The notes beneath the pieces were generated by a model. That model searched no databases and was not told where the DNA came from. It saw nothing but the letters and a program-made list of their open reading frames with translations. DNA of 64,000 nt from Dehalococcoidia bacterium (GTDB lineage Bacteria > Chloroflexota > Dehalococcoidia > Lucifugimonadales > UBA3495), in NCBI GenBank assembly GCA_965203975.1, contig CBDBDT010000001.1:438880-502879 (forward strand), in the 5' to 3' direction. Shown piece after piece: positions 1 through 9,109 of the stretch. The translations under genes were made by a program, and so were the position numbers. Position 1 is the first letter of the stretch; each line of letters starts with the position of its first letter.

Positions 1-630
1 GCCCGGGAGCGGGTGGCGCGCTTGTTTGACGCGGTGGGACTGGCCCGGCCGGTGATGACCCGTTTTCCCCACGAGTTGAGCGGGGGGATGCGTCAGCGGG
101 CGATGATCGCTATGGCTCTGAGCTGCGAGCCGGACCTGATAATCGCCGATGAGCCCACCACCGCGCTGGACGTTATCGTGCAGGACCGCATCCTGCGGGA
201 ATTGAAGCGAATCCAGCAAGAACTGGGGATGAGCATGCTGTACATCACCCACGACATAGCGGTAGTGGCGGAGGTAACGGAACGGACGGGCGTGATGTAC
301 GCGGGGCAGCTGGTGGAACTGGGGGATACGGCCCAACTGTTCCGACAGCCGATGCACCCGTATTCCGGGGCCCTCCTGTCGTCCTTCCCCAGCGTGGTGG
401 GGGAGAAACGGCCCCTGGAGACATTGGCCGGGGAGCCGCCCAACCTGATTCAACCGCCGCCGGGATGCCGTTTCCATCCCCGCTGTCCGCTGGCGACGGA
501 CATCTGCCGAACGGTCATGCCGCCGCGGGTGGACTTTGCCGGTGGGTGGGCAGCGTGCTGGCATCCCCTGGCGGGAGAGGAGCCGGACCCAGAGCTGGTT
601 GCGGGAGAGGCGGCCCAGGATGGCGCGTGA
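1..630 (+). CDS. Peptide/nickel-type ABC transporter ATP-binding protein (DppD/OppD-like), 5' end cut by the window edge
   Basis: The frame is open to position 1. It has the ABC signature LSGGMRQR, Walker [13 protein letters not shown], and an oligopeptide-type C-terminal extension (GCRFHPRCP). The stop is TGA at 628-630. Confidence 0.85.
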   Translation, partial: ARERVARLFDAVGLARPVMTRFPHELSGGMRQRAMIAMALSCEPDLIIADEPTTALDVIVQDRILRELKRIQQELGMSMLYITHDIAVVAEVTERTGVMYAGQLVELGDTAQLFRQPMHPYSGALLSSFPSVVGEKRPLETLAGEPPNLIQPPPGCRFHPRCPLATDICRTVMPPRVDFAGGWAACWHPLAGEEPDPELVAGEAAQDGA

Positions 631-1690
631 CATGACCGGTGCGGCCGGAGTCAGTGCGCCATCCGAGGCATTGGTCCGGGTGGAAGGGATGACCAAGCTG
701 TTTCCAGTGGGCGGCGGCCTGCTGCGGGGGCCGACTGGATACGTTCACGCGGTGGACGGGGTGGACTTTGACATTCGCCGGCAGGAAACGCTGGGACTGG
801 TGGGGGAATCGGGATCGGGAAAGACCACCGTGGGCAGGCTGCTGGTGAAGCTGCTGGAACCGACGGAGGGGCGAATCCTGTTCCGGGGATCGCCGGAGGA
901 ATCCGGCCAGGATGGGCGGGAGAGTGGGGGACAATCGGGCGGAATGGTGGACACGGCTACCCTGAAGGGGACAGGGTTAAAGGAGTTCCGGCGGCAGACG
1001 CAGATGGTCTTCCAGGACCCCTACGAGTCGATGAATCCGCGCCGGACTGTTTTCGATACCGTGGCGGAGCCGCTGAACGTGCAGGGGATGGGGACGCGGC
1101 AGCAGCGGTTGGGCCGGGTGTCGGAGCTGCTGGGCATGGTGGGGTTGACCCCGCCCTCGGCCTACCTGTTCCGGTTTCCCCACGAACTGTCCGGGGGGCA
1201 GAGGCAGCGAGTGGCGATTGCCAGGGCGCTGGTCGTGGGGCCATCCTTCGTGGTTGCTGACGAGCCGACGTCGATGCTGGACGTGTCCATCCGCACCGGC
1301 ATCATGACGCTGATGCAGGAACTGAGTGACCGCCTGGGCATAACCTACCTGTACGTTACGCACGACCTGGCAGTGGCGCGTTACATGTGCCGGCGGATCG
1401 CGGTCATGTATTCCGGCAAGATCGTGGAGCTGGGGGAAACGGAAGAACTCCTGAGCCATCCGCAGCACCCGTACACGCGGGCGCTGCTTTCGGCAGTGCC
1501 CGTGCCGGACCCGGGTTACCGGAGGGAGCCGGTGGATATCCGGGGCGAGACCACGGCCGCGGTGGACCCGCCGGACCGGTGCCGGTTCTACGACCGGTGC
1601 CCGGTGAGGGAGGACGTCTGCCGGGACAGCCCCCATCCGCTGCTGGAGGAGAAATCCCCGGGACACACGTCGGCATGTTACCGGGTGTAG
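620..1690 (+). CDS. Peptide/nickel-type ABC transporter ATP-binding protein (DppF/OppF-like)
   Basis: ATG at 620 overlaps the upstream stop. It has Walker [10 protein letters not shown], signature LSGGQRQR and Walker [13 protein letters not shown]. The ORF-track start at 536 was rejected as a 5' extension. A roughly 20-aa Gly/Ser/Glu-rich insertion follows RILFRG. Confidence 0.85.
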   Translation: MARDMTGAAGVSAPSEALVRVEGMTKLFPVGGGLLRGPTGYVHAVDGVDFDIRRQETLGLVGESGSGKTTVGRLLVKLLEPTEGRILFRGSPEESGQDGRESGGQSGGMVDTATLKGTGLKEFRRQTQMVFQDPYESMNPRRTVFDTVAEPLNVQGMGTRQQRLGRVSELLGMVGLTPPSAYLFRFPHELSGGQRQRVAIARALVVGPSFVVADEPTSMLDVSIRTGIMTLMQELSDRLGITYLYVTHDLAVARYMCRRIAVMYSGKIVELGETEELLSHPQHPYTRALLSAVPVPDPGYRREPVDIRGETTAAVDPPDRCRFYDRCPVREDVCRDSPHPLLEEKSPGHTSACYRV

Positions 1691-1724
1691 ACTGGGCGCC
1701 AGTACCACGGCTTGCGGGGGTTGC

Positions 1725-2603
1725 ATGAAGGTCCACCTGGTAGACGGCACCTACGAACTTTTCCGTGCGTACTATGCCCTGCCATCCGCTAAGGCCCCGG
1801 GCGGAAGGGAGGCGGCGGCCACCCGGGGGCTCATCCAGACGCTGCTAACCCTGCTGAGGCGGGACGACGTGACCCACGTGGGATGTGCCTTCGATCACGT
1901 GGTGGAGTCCTTTCGGAACGACCTGTTCGACGGGTACAAGACGGGGGATGGGATGCCCGAGGACATCAAGGCCCAGTTCGGATTGGCGGAGCAGGCGACC
2001 CTTGCCCTGGGCCTGGTCACCTGGCCGATGACCGAGTTCGAGGCGGACGACGCAATCGCTACGGCAGCATTCCAGTGGAGGGACGATCCGAGGGTGGAGC
2101 AGGTGGTGATGTGCTCGCCGGACAAGGACCTGGCCCAGATGGTATCCGCCAGCCGGGTAGTGGCATGGGACCGGCGGCGGGATACCGTGATTGATGAAGA
2201 AGGAGTGAGGGAGAAGTTCGGGGTGTCTCCGGTGTCAATCCCCGATTACCTGGCGCTGGTGGGAGACGCGGCGGACGGGTTTCCGGGGATTCCCAGGTGG
2301 GGAGCGAAGACAACGGCGCAGGTGCTGGAGAGGTATGTCCATCTTGAGGCCATTCCCGATGACCCGGGCGACTGGGAAGTGGAGGTGCGGGGAGCGAAAG
2401 GGGTGGCGGAGAGCTTGTCCCAACGCCGGCCGGAGGCGGGACTGTACAAGCGGCTGGCCACCCTCCGGCTGGACGTTCCGTTGCGGGAGGGTCTGGATGA
2501 CTTGGAGTGGCAGGGAGCGCGGCGGGAGGAGTACCAGTCCCTATGCGACGAGTTGGGGTTCAGCGGCTTACGGGACGCACCGCACCGGTGGCTCGGGGAG
2601 TAG
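1725..2603 (+). CDS. 5'-3' exonuclease / flap endonuclease family protein (Pol I N-terminal-domain-like)
   Basis: The N-terminus MKVHLVDGTYELFRAYYALP, the acidic clusters (FEADD, SPDKD) and the H3TH-like GDAADGFPGIPRWGAKTA are typical of the family. Confidence 0.8.
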   Translation: MKVHLVDGTYELFRAYYALPSAKAPGGREAAATRGLIQTLLTLLRRDDVTHVGCAFDHVVESFRNDLFDGYKTGDGMPEDIKAQFGLAEQATLALGLVTWPMTEFEADDAIATAAFQWRDDPRVEQVVMCSPDKDLAQMVSASRVVAWDRRRDTVIDEEGVREKFGVSPVSIPDYLALVGDAADGFPGIPRWGAKTTAQVLERYVHLEAIPDDPGDWEVEVRGAKGVAESLSQRRPEAGLYKRLATLRLDVPLREGLDDLEWQGARREEYQSLCDELGFSGLRDAPHRWLGE

Positions 2604-2776
2604 GCGGGCGGGCCGCGATTCCGGGCTAGGCAACCCGCCGAGTGCCTCGCCGGGGCCAGGGCCATCGATGATGATTTTTTCGAGATGGGTTGGTTCGCCT
2701 GCGGCGCGGGAGATGATTCCCTGTCCGGTGATGGGCACGTTGGGCCTCCGTGGGGTTGGTGGGTTTGGGCGGGATA

Positions 2777-3172
2777 TTACCTGGCAAGAATGCCGTAGGG
2801 AGCCCGGCGTTTTTTCTCCAGGATTGCGTTCAGGAATCGCCTTTTGACGTGACGGGAAGGCTCTTCCTGGCACTTGATCGGCCGAATTAATCCCTTATAT
2901 TGGATTTTGCCGGGGGAGCGTGTCCGTCGGTGGACAACCTCGTAAGATATCCGGGTTTCGTCGGACTGTGGGGATGCCGTCAGGATGGGCACAAGCAGCT
3001 TGGCCGCGTGCTCAATCATCACCCCGTGATGGTCAAAGTCATCGGTAAAGAACACGGTGATATTCTCGGCCACGTCCTCTCCATTGGATGCAGGCAGGCC
3101 ATTGGAGAGGTAAAGGGTGTCGGATTTCGGATCGTAGTCTATTCGCAGCTTGGGAGTGAAGGAATTCCCCAT
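2777..3172 (-). CDS. Hypothetical protein with a DUF2283-like N-terminus
   Basis: The internal Met start gives MGNSFTPKLRIDYDPKSDTLYLS, which resembles the DUF2283 'YD.e.D.lYi' motif as I remember it. The remainder is unassigned. Confidence 0.35.
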   Translation of the reverse strand: MGNSFTPKLRIDYDPKSDTLYLSNGLPASNGEDVAENITVFFTDDFDHHGVMIEHAAKLLVPILTASPQSDETRISYEVVHRRTRSPGKIQYKGLIRPIKCQEEPSRHVKRRFLNAILEKKRRAPYGILAR

Positions 3173-3381
3173 CTCTTCAAAGCTCCATGATCGATGAATC
3201 GGTTCAGCAGTTTGCCCTCTTCCACTATCACCCAGATCCACTTGCCAGCTTCTTCAATATGCCCATAACACCGAAATCTGTCGTGCGACTGGATTTCGGT
3301 GTGATACGGGTTGGACAGCACACGCTCAACCCATTCGTCTGCTATTTCCGGGTGGCTGTACCTGAGACGTTTTCGTAGTAC
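3139..3381 (-). pseudogene. DUF4258-like small toxin-like ORF with no canonical start
   Basis: The frame reads ...YSHPEIADEWVERVLSNPYHTEIQSHDRFRCYGHIEEAGKWIWVIVEEGKLLNRFID. There is no ATG upstream, only an internal GTG at 3321. It overlaps the start of the DUF2283-like ORF. Confidence 0.25.
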
Positions 3382-3409
3382 CAGGTGGTCTCCGCCGGGG
3401 CATTGTACC

Positions 3410-4645
3410 CTAAACCGCTCCTTCCGCCTCCAACCCGGATAGCTCTTCCGGGGTCAGTCCGCCGAGGGTGGTGAGGATTTCGCGGTTGTTTTCGCCGAGG
3501 GTGGGCGGCGTGGCCGCGGCGAAGTCCACGCATTCCGTGAGGTGGATGGGGGTCTTGAGAGAGGTGAACTGCCCGCCCAGGGTGTCGCCGGTGGAGACGA
3601 ACATATCGCGGGCGGAAAGGTGGGGGCACTGGTCCAGGTCGGAAATTGTCTGGGCGATGCCCATGGAGAAGCCGATCTCGGTGAGCTTTTCGGCCACTTC
3701 CCACTTGGGCAGTTGACTGGACCATTCCTCGATGGCGGGGATGACGTTCTGGAAGTAGAACTCTCCGTCCGGGTCCTGTCCCAGGTAGCGGGGGTCATCG
3801 GCGAGGTCTTCGCGGCCGATGAGCTGCCACATGGCCTTGAGGCGTTCCGAGGAGCGGACGCCGGCCATGAGGACGTACCCATCCCTGGCCTTGAAGGGCA
3901 TCCCCGCGGTCACCAGCCGGTCCCGGGAGCGGGCGGGATTGCGGCCGGTAGACTGGTAGACATTCATGCTGCTGACGAGATGGGAGACCATGCACTCGTA
4001 CATCCCCATGTCCACCATCTGCCCCTGCCCGGTCTGATCGCGGGTGCGGAGAGCAAGGACGATCCCCAGGGCGGTCCAGAGGCCGGGCACGGAGTCGCCG
4101 ATGTTGTCTCCGACGGCCTGGGGCGGGCTGTCGGGCTCTCCGGTCACCTCCATCCATCCGGCCATGCCCTGGATGCTGAGGTTGTTGGCGGGCCAGGTGG
4201 AGTAAGGGCCGCGCAGCCCGTCGCTGTCGCCGTATCCGGTGATGCTGGCGTAGACGAGGCGGGGGTTGATTTCATGGAGGGTGTCGTAACCGAGACCGAG
4301 CCGCTGGAAGGCACCCGGGCCCCAGTTGTCGATCAGGACGTCGGATTCTTTGACGAGGCTGCGGAAGGCGTCCTTGCAGCGGGGGTTGCGGAGGTCGAGG
4401 GTTACGCTTTTCTTGTTCCGGTTGATGCCGAGGTACCGGGAGCTGACCTGCTGTCCGTCCGGCCCCGACAGGAAGGGACCGCGGCCCCGGGAGAGGTCTC
4501 CGCTGCGGGGCCTTTCGACCTTGATAACCTCGGCGCCCATGTCGGCGAGGATGAGGGAACAGAAGGGCCCGGCGACGATATGGGTCGCATCCAGGACGCG
4601 GATTCCGGTAAGAGGAAGGGGCAGCTTGGTGGTGGGGTCGGTCAT
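3410..4645 (-). CDS. Family III CoA-transferase (CaiB/BaiF family)
   Basis: It has LTGIRVLDATHIVAGPFCSLILADMGAEVIKVERP. The start at 4645 has a GGAGG 8 nt upstream. The ORF-track start at 4690 was rejected. Confidence 0.9.
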   Translation of the reverse strand: MTDPTTKLPLPLTGIRVLDATHIVAGPFCSLILADMGAEVIKVERPRSGDLSRGRGPFLSGPDGQQVSSRYLGINRNKKSVTLDLRNPRCKDAFRSLVKESDVLIDNWGPGAFQRLGLGYDTLHEINPRLVYASITGYGDSDGLRGPYSTWPANNLSIQGMAGWMEVTGEPDSPPQAVGDNIGDSVPGLWTALGIVLALRTRDQTGQGQMVDMGMYECMVSHLVSSMNVYQSTGRNPARSRDRLVTAGMPFKARDGYVLMAGVRSSERLKAMWQLIGREDLADDPRYLGQDPDGEFYFQNVIPAIEEWSSQLPKWEVAEKLTEIGFSMGIAQTISDLDQCPHLSARDMFVSTGDTLGGQFTSLKTPIHLTECVDFAAATPPTLGENNREILTTLGGLTPEELSGLEAEGAV

Positions 4646-4887
4646 AAGAATGCCTCCGGAGTTTGGGGTCGGCGTACGATCCAGGGGCAATCATACTCCA
4701 CTGCAAAGCCCGGAGGCGGGTCTCACATCGGGTTGGACGTAGACCACACCAATGCCGCATTCATGTAGTCGGAGAACCGGTCAACCCGAAGTCCCTACGT
4801 TGGCAAACAATCGGTCATCTGTTGAAGGTTCGTTTTTCCTAAAGCTATCCATTTCGACTCCTTCTCCGAGTTGGGATATTCCACAAC

Positions 4888-4908
4888 CGAACGGAAGGGT
4901 TCCGTTCG
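4888..4908. promoter_or_regulatory. Perfect 9-3-9 palindrome cgaacggaa-ggg-ttccgttcg, a candidate operator
   Basis: Read directly from the sequence. It lies in the AT-rich divergent intergenic region between the CoA-transferase (-) and SBP1 (+), and abuts a TTGACT hexamer at 4914-4919. Confidence 0.3.
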
Positions 4909-5036
4909 ATCCGTTGACTTCAAAGGGATTGATATAATATATTATCCAACGACTCTTGCGATTTGCGTGTGTATATCTCAATACCTACTCCTTTCACATT
5001 GCAAAAATCGCTGCTAACAGTATTGAAACGTACTAT

Positions 5037-5066
5037 TTAACCAATCATACAACGTAACCTTATAAT
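5037..5066 (+). promoter_or_regulatory. Sigma-70-like promoter candidate (TTAACC, 18-nt spacer, TATAAT)
   Basis: The hexamers at 5037-5042 and 5061-5066 were read by eye in the AT-rich island upstream of SBP1. Confidence 0.3.
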
Positions 5067-5149
5067 CGTAGGCCGCCGGTTTTCGACGTAACCGGCGTGG
5101 ACAGGAGGGGAGGATCTTATAAGCATATTGCGGCTCGAAACACCAGCAT

Positions 5150-5180
5150 ACCGGATGTAGACCATCCGGTCTTTTCGTTC
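5150..5180 (+). terminator. Intrinsic-terminator-like hairpin inside the SBP1 5' leader
   Basis: An 8-bp stem (accggatg/catccggt) with a 5-nt loop is followed by CTTTTCGTT. No + strand gene lies upstream, so it may be an attenuator or the end of a small RNA. Confidence 0.4.
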
Positions 5181-5345
5181 AAGCGCATTGCCAGGACCCA
5201 CCCAAGCATTTCAATGGCATGACCCCGTCTTTACCCCGGTTGTTTCCAGGCTGATTCTTTCCAACCCATGATTCCGGCCGCCATACCCGGGGGTATCCAA
5301 GGCATCGGGACAAGTCCAACTCTTCGAGCTTCGGGAGGTTCAACC

Positions 5346-7148
5346 ATGGCCAACCATTGGTTAAGGAACTCCACGGCAATCGCACTCACCCCTGGAATCC
5401 TGATTCTCCTCTTGGCGGCAGTAGCCTGCGGGTCCGCCGCCGCACCGGCGGATACTACGGAACCCGCTGTTGCGACACCCGCCCCTGCTGCTGCGGAATC
5501 CGCCCCGGCCGATGCCGCCCCCAGCGCTCCCACTGCGGTACCGAAAGCGGCCGTAGCGCTGGATACCCCTGAGACAGAAGTTAACCCCGGAAAGGCAACG
5601 TTCATGGTCCCTGACTGGGGTAACGAAAGGTTCGACTATCTCCTAGCCACCGGCCCGGTCCACCAGTATGGCCGAGTGTTGCACTCCTTCATGGTGGCAA
5701 CCAACGAGGATTTGGAACTGATCCCGGGCTTGGCTACAGCGTGGGAGATTTCAGACGACGGTCTCACTTGGACCTTCACCGTCAGGGAAGGCGTCAAGTT
5801 CCATGACGGCACGGAAATGACCCCCGAAGACGTCCTCTGGAGTTGGCGGCATTACTTTAGCCCCGGTGTTGAGGAAATCTCGGTGGGTTCAGTCGCCATC
5901 GCCCTTTCTCGTATCCACGACAAGATAGAGATGGCGGGGCCCAACCAGGTAAGTCTGACCACCACAATCCCCGACTCCAGCTACGCCGGTTACCACATGT
6001 TCGAGGGAGGGCCTCTTATCTACAGCGTGATTCCCGCGCGGGACAGCGATAACCTGTGGGACCAAGCGGAGGCCGAAGCCTACCAGGAGAACCCTATCGG
6101 TACGGGGTTCATGAAGGTGGTCAGGTTCGTCCCTTCCGAAGTAATCGAGTTCGAGCGGTTCGACGACTTCTACTTCCAGCCGGCCAACGGCTTCGACGAA
6201 GACCGCAGGGTCAAGTTTGCCTCGTTGGAAGTACGCCAGATTCCCGAGGAATCGACCCGGGTCGCGGCCCTGAGGGCCGGGGATGCCGACCTGGCCCCTG
6301 TGAGCATTCGGGCCAGGGAGCAGTTGGAAGCTGGCGGCGGGCGCTTGGTGTTCGGCCCGGAAGGTGTCTACATGCGTCCCAAGATGTTCGGTTGCTGGGC
6401 TGAAAACGACTATCCGTGCAGCGACAAGCGCGTCCGCCAGGCCCTGGCCTACGCCATCGACAAGGAGTTGATGCGGGACCGGCTCTTTGGAGGAAGCGAG
6501 GTCTTCCAGGTCAAGGGTTGGGCTCACGTCACCCCCAGCGCCATGGCTTACAGTCCCGATTTGGCCCCGTTCCCCTTTGACCCCGATAAGGCCCGGGCAT
6601 TGCTGGCAGAGGCGGGGTACAAGACTCCAGACAATCCCGACGGCAAGGATTTCGGAACATTCGTCGTAAACACCTGGGTGTCCACCGCCATGCCTTTCCT
6701 GCCTGAATCAGCGCAGCTGGCTGCCGAAAACTGGAAGCGCGAACTGGGCATCGAGACCGAGGTCAGGGTGGGGGATGAGACCGCGTTAAAGAAGGCCCGC
6801 AAAACCGGGGAACTTGACGGGCAGATCCTGTGGCGGGAGAACGAAGCCCGGTGGGATGGATCGGGTATTACCCGTGTGGTCTACGGAGAGCCCGAGAGGG
6901 TGGATCGTCCTCACAACAACCCCGAGATTTTCAACTTGGTGCTCGACGCTTTGGCGATCGTAGACCCAGACGAGCGGGCCGGGGTTTGGAACGCGGTCTA
7001 CAAACGGCTCCAGGATGAGCAGTACGAGCTCGCTGTTGGGTACGTCAATATCCCTTGGGGTGTCGGTCCCAGGATCGCGACCTACGAGCCCTATCCCATG
7101 GCTTTTTACCCATCAGCCCATCACAAGATTACCTTGCAAGAACCATGA
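5346..7148 (+). CDS. ABC transporter substrate-binding lipoprotein, family 5 (DppA/OppA-like), SBP1
   Basis: The start MANHWLRNSTA has a GGGAGG RBS. It has a lipobox LAAVAC|GS, a Pro/Ala-rich linker and an SBP_bac_5-like body (GTGFMKVVRFVPSEVIEFERFDDFYF). Confidence 0.9.
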   Translation: MANHWLRNSTAIALTPGILILLLAAVACGSAAAPADTTEPAVATPAPAAAESAPADAAPSAPTAVPKAAVALDTPETEVNPGKATFMVPDWGNERFDYLLATGPVHQYGRVLHSFMVATNEDLELIPGLATAWEISDDGLTWTFTVREGVKFHDGTEMTPEDVLWSWRHYFSPGVEEISVGSVAIALSRIHDKIEMAGPNQVSLTTTIPDSSYAGYHMFEGGPLIYSVIPARDSDNLWDQAEAEAYQENPIGTGFMKVVRFVPSEVIEFERFDDFYFQPANGFDEDRRVKFASLEVRQIPEESTRVAALRAGDADLAPVSIRAREQLEAGGGRLVFGPEGVYMRPKMFGCWAENDYPCSDKRVRQALAYAIDKELMRDRLFGGSEVFQVKGWAHVTPSAMAYSPDLAPFPFDPDKARALLAEAGYKTPDNPDGKDFGTFVVNTWVSTAMPFLPESAQLAAENWKRELGIETEVRVGDETALKKARKTGELDGQILWRENEARWDGSGITRVVYGEPERVDRPHNNPEIFNLVLDALAIVDPDERAGVWNAVYKRLQDEQYELAVGYVNIPWGVGPRIATYEPYPMAFYPSAHHKITLQEP

Positions 7149-7234
7149 AAGTGAGGATGCAGGACGAATCATAACCCGGGGATATCCAAGGCATCGGGAC
7201 AAGTCCAACTCTACGAGCTTCGGGAGGTTCAACC

Positions 7235-9067
7235 ATGGCTACCCATTGGTTCAAGAATTCCACGGCAATCGCACTTACCCTGGGAACTCTTCTCCTCCTT
7301 TTGGCAGTGGTGGGTTGCGGCTCTGCCGCCGCACCGGCGGATACTGGGGAACCCGCTGTGGCGGCGCCCGCCCCCGCTGCTGCGGAATCTGCTCCTGCCG
7401 CCGCGGCCCCGGCCGCTCCTACCGCTGTGCCGGAAGTCGCGCAGCAACCAGGCGATGAAATGGTGGAGGTCCACCCGGGCAACGTTACCTGGATGATGGC
7501 CGCCTGGGGCGATGAGCAGTTTGACAAGGTCTACAGCGAGGGCGCCAGCAACAGCTACGGGCGGATCTTCCAGGCGTTCCTCCTGGAAACCAACGAGAAG
7601 ACAGAGATCATTCCGGGCATGGCCAGCGAGTGGGGATATTCCAGCGACGGCCTAAACTGGACCGTTACCCTGAGAGACGGGGTCAAGTTCCATGATGGGA
7701 CCGACGTTACGGTGGAGGACCTAGTCTGGTCCCTCAACCACGGTCATGGGCCGGAGAGTTTCAACTACACCTACTCCGGCTCCATAGCATCTTTTTCCAA
7801 GGAGCAGACCAAACCGGTCGAGCAGACCGGGCCAAACGAGGCAACCGTTTACTTCAAGACCATTCAGACCGGCTTCCCGGTGCTCCTGATGGCTGCTGGA
7901 CCCGCCTGGGGTTCGATGATGCCCGCACGGCCTCCGGTACCCGGGCAGGAGTTCATCACAGTGGACGCCGCCCAGGAAGCGGCATACCAGAAGAACCCCA
8001 TCGCTCCCGGACCCATGAAAATCGTCAACTTCGTCCCGTCCGAGGTGGTCGAGTTCGAGCGCTTTGACGACTACTATTTCCAGCCCAAGAACGGCCTCTA
8101 CGAAGACCGAAGGGTGAACTTCGAGACGCTGGACCTCAGGCTGGTGCCCGAGGAAGCAACCCGGGTGGCTGCCCTGAGGGCGGGGGACGCTGATATCGCC
8201 CCGGTGAGTCTGCGGGCCCGGAACCAGGTGGAACGGGGCGGCGGCCGCATAGTCTGGGCCGGTGAAGGCGGCTATTTCCGCATCATGCTGATGGGCTGCT
8301 GGTCTGGCGGAGAGCGGGAGGGGATGGTGAGCTACCCCTGCGAGGACAAGCGGGTGCGCCATGCCCTGGCTTACGCCATCGATAAGTCTCAAATTCAGAA
8401 ACTCTTCGGGGGGCCGGAAGCGCTGGAGGTGGAGCGCGGAGGCTGGAACGTCGTAACACCCAGCACCATTGGCTGGAGCCCCGACATAAAGCCAGTGGAA
8501 TTCGACCCGGACAAGGCCCGGGCGCTCCTGGCGGAAGCGGGTTACAGGACCCCGGACAACCCCAACGGCAAGGACTTCGGGCCGCTGATTATCAACACTT
8601 GGGTGTCAGCGCTGATGGTCTTCCTCCCCGAGTCGGCCCAGCTGGCCGCCGAGATGTGGCAGAGGGAGTTGGGCATAGATACCGAGGTGGTGGTCGGGGA
8701 GGAAGTTGCGGTAAAACGGGAGAGGTCGGCGGGCAACCTGGATGGCCAGGTGATCTGGAGGGACAACGAGACCCGGGTGGATGCCACCCAGATCATCGGA
8801 ACAACCTATGGGCGCCGGGACTACAGGGCCCGTTTCCACAATAGAGAGGACCTGTTCAAGCTGACTGAGGAAACCGTAGCGGTTTTCGATGATGATGAGC
8901 GGCCAGCGGCGCTGAATGCGTGGTACCGGCGGCTGCACGAAGAGAAGTACCAGATTGGCATCGGCACCGTAAACATCCCGTGGGCCCTGGGGCCGGATGT
9001 GGCCGACTGGCAGCCGTATCCGGTGGCCTTCTTCCCCAGCAGCCTCCATACGCTGAAGCTGAAGTAA
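7235..9067 (+). CDS. ABC transporter substrate-binding lipoprotein, family 5, SBP2 (tandem paralog of SBP1)
   Basis: It has MATHWFKNSTA, a lipobox LAVVGC|GS, a Pro/Ala linker and an SBP_bac_5-like body. Its leader and signal peptide are nearly identical to those of SBP1. Confidence 0.9.
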   Translation: MATHWFKNSTAIALTLGTLLLLLAVVGCGSAAAPADTGEPAVAAPAPAAAESAPAAAAPAAPTAVPEVAQQPGDEMVEVHPGNVTWMMAAWGDEQFDKVYSEGASNSYGRIFQAFLLETNEKTEIIPGMASEWGYSSDGLNWTVTLRDGVKFHDGTDVTVEDLVWSLNHGHGPESFNYTYSGSIASFSKEQTKPVEQTGPNEATVYFKTIQTGFPVLLMAAGPAWGSMMPARPPVPGQEFITVDAAQEAAYQKNPIAPGPMKIVNFVPSEVVEFERFDDYYFQPKNGLYEDRRVNFETLDLRLVPEEATRVAALRAGDADIAPVSLRARNQVERGGGRIVWAGEGGYFRIMLMGCWSGGEREGMVSYPCEDKRVRHALAYAIDKSQIQKLFGGPEALEVERGGWNVVTPSTIGWSPDIKPVEFDPDKARALLAEAGYRTPDNPNGKDFGPLIINTWVSALMVFLPESAQLAAEMWQRELGIDTEVVVGEEVAVKRERSAGNLDGQVIWRDNETRVDATQIIGTTYGRRDYRARFHNREDLFKLTEETVAVFDDDERPAALNAWYRRLHEEKYQIGIGTVNIPWALGPDVADWQPYPVAFFPSSLHTLKLK

Positions 9068-9109
9068 CGGGACAAACGGTCAAGGGCCTTTCTCGGCCCG
9101 ACGCACAAG

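Noticed and set aside
3542-4768. A 408-aa ORF on the + strand, with similar shadow ORFs at 13035-14189 (-), 8856-9833 (-), 58320-59432 (-) and 59877-60770 (-)
   Set aside because: Each lies antisense to a gene with strong family motifs. I treated them as high-GC shadow frames.
5268-5345. 5' extensions of ORF-track entries. Examples: SBP1 from 5268, SBP4 from 46675, SBP5 from 63919, CoA-transferases from 4690 and 41156, SDR from 19990, PNPOx-like from 19080, methyltransferase from 49069, Hen1 from 57208.
   Set aside because: In each case an internal Met or Val start is preceded by a good Shine-Dalgarno sequence and yields the canonical N-terminus (signal peptide or first family motif). The extension has no such support.
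5400-5560. Low-complexity Pro/Ala/Ser/Gln-rich DNA in the SBP genes, considered as tandem repeats or VNTRs. It also occurs at 7320-7450, 24640-24790, 46260-46440 and 63560-63770.
   Set aside because: These are in-frame lipoprotein tether linkers right after the lipobox Cys. I found no exact repeating nucleotide unit.
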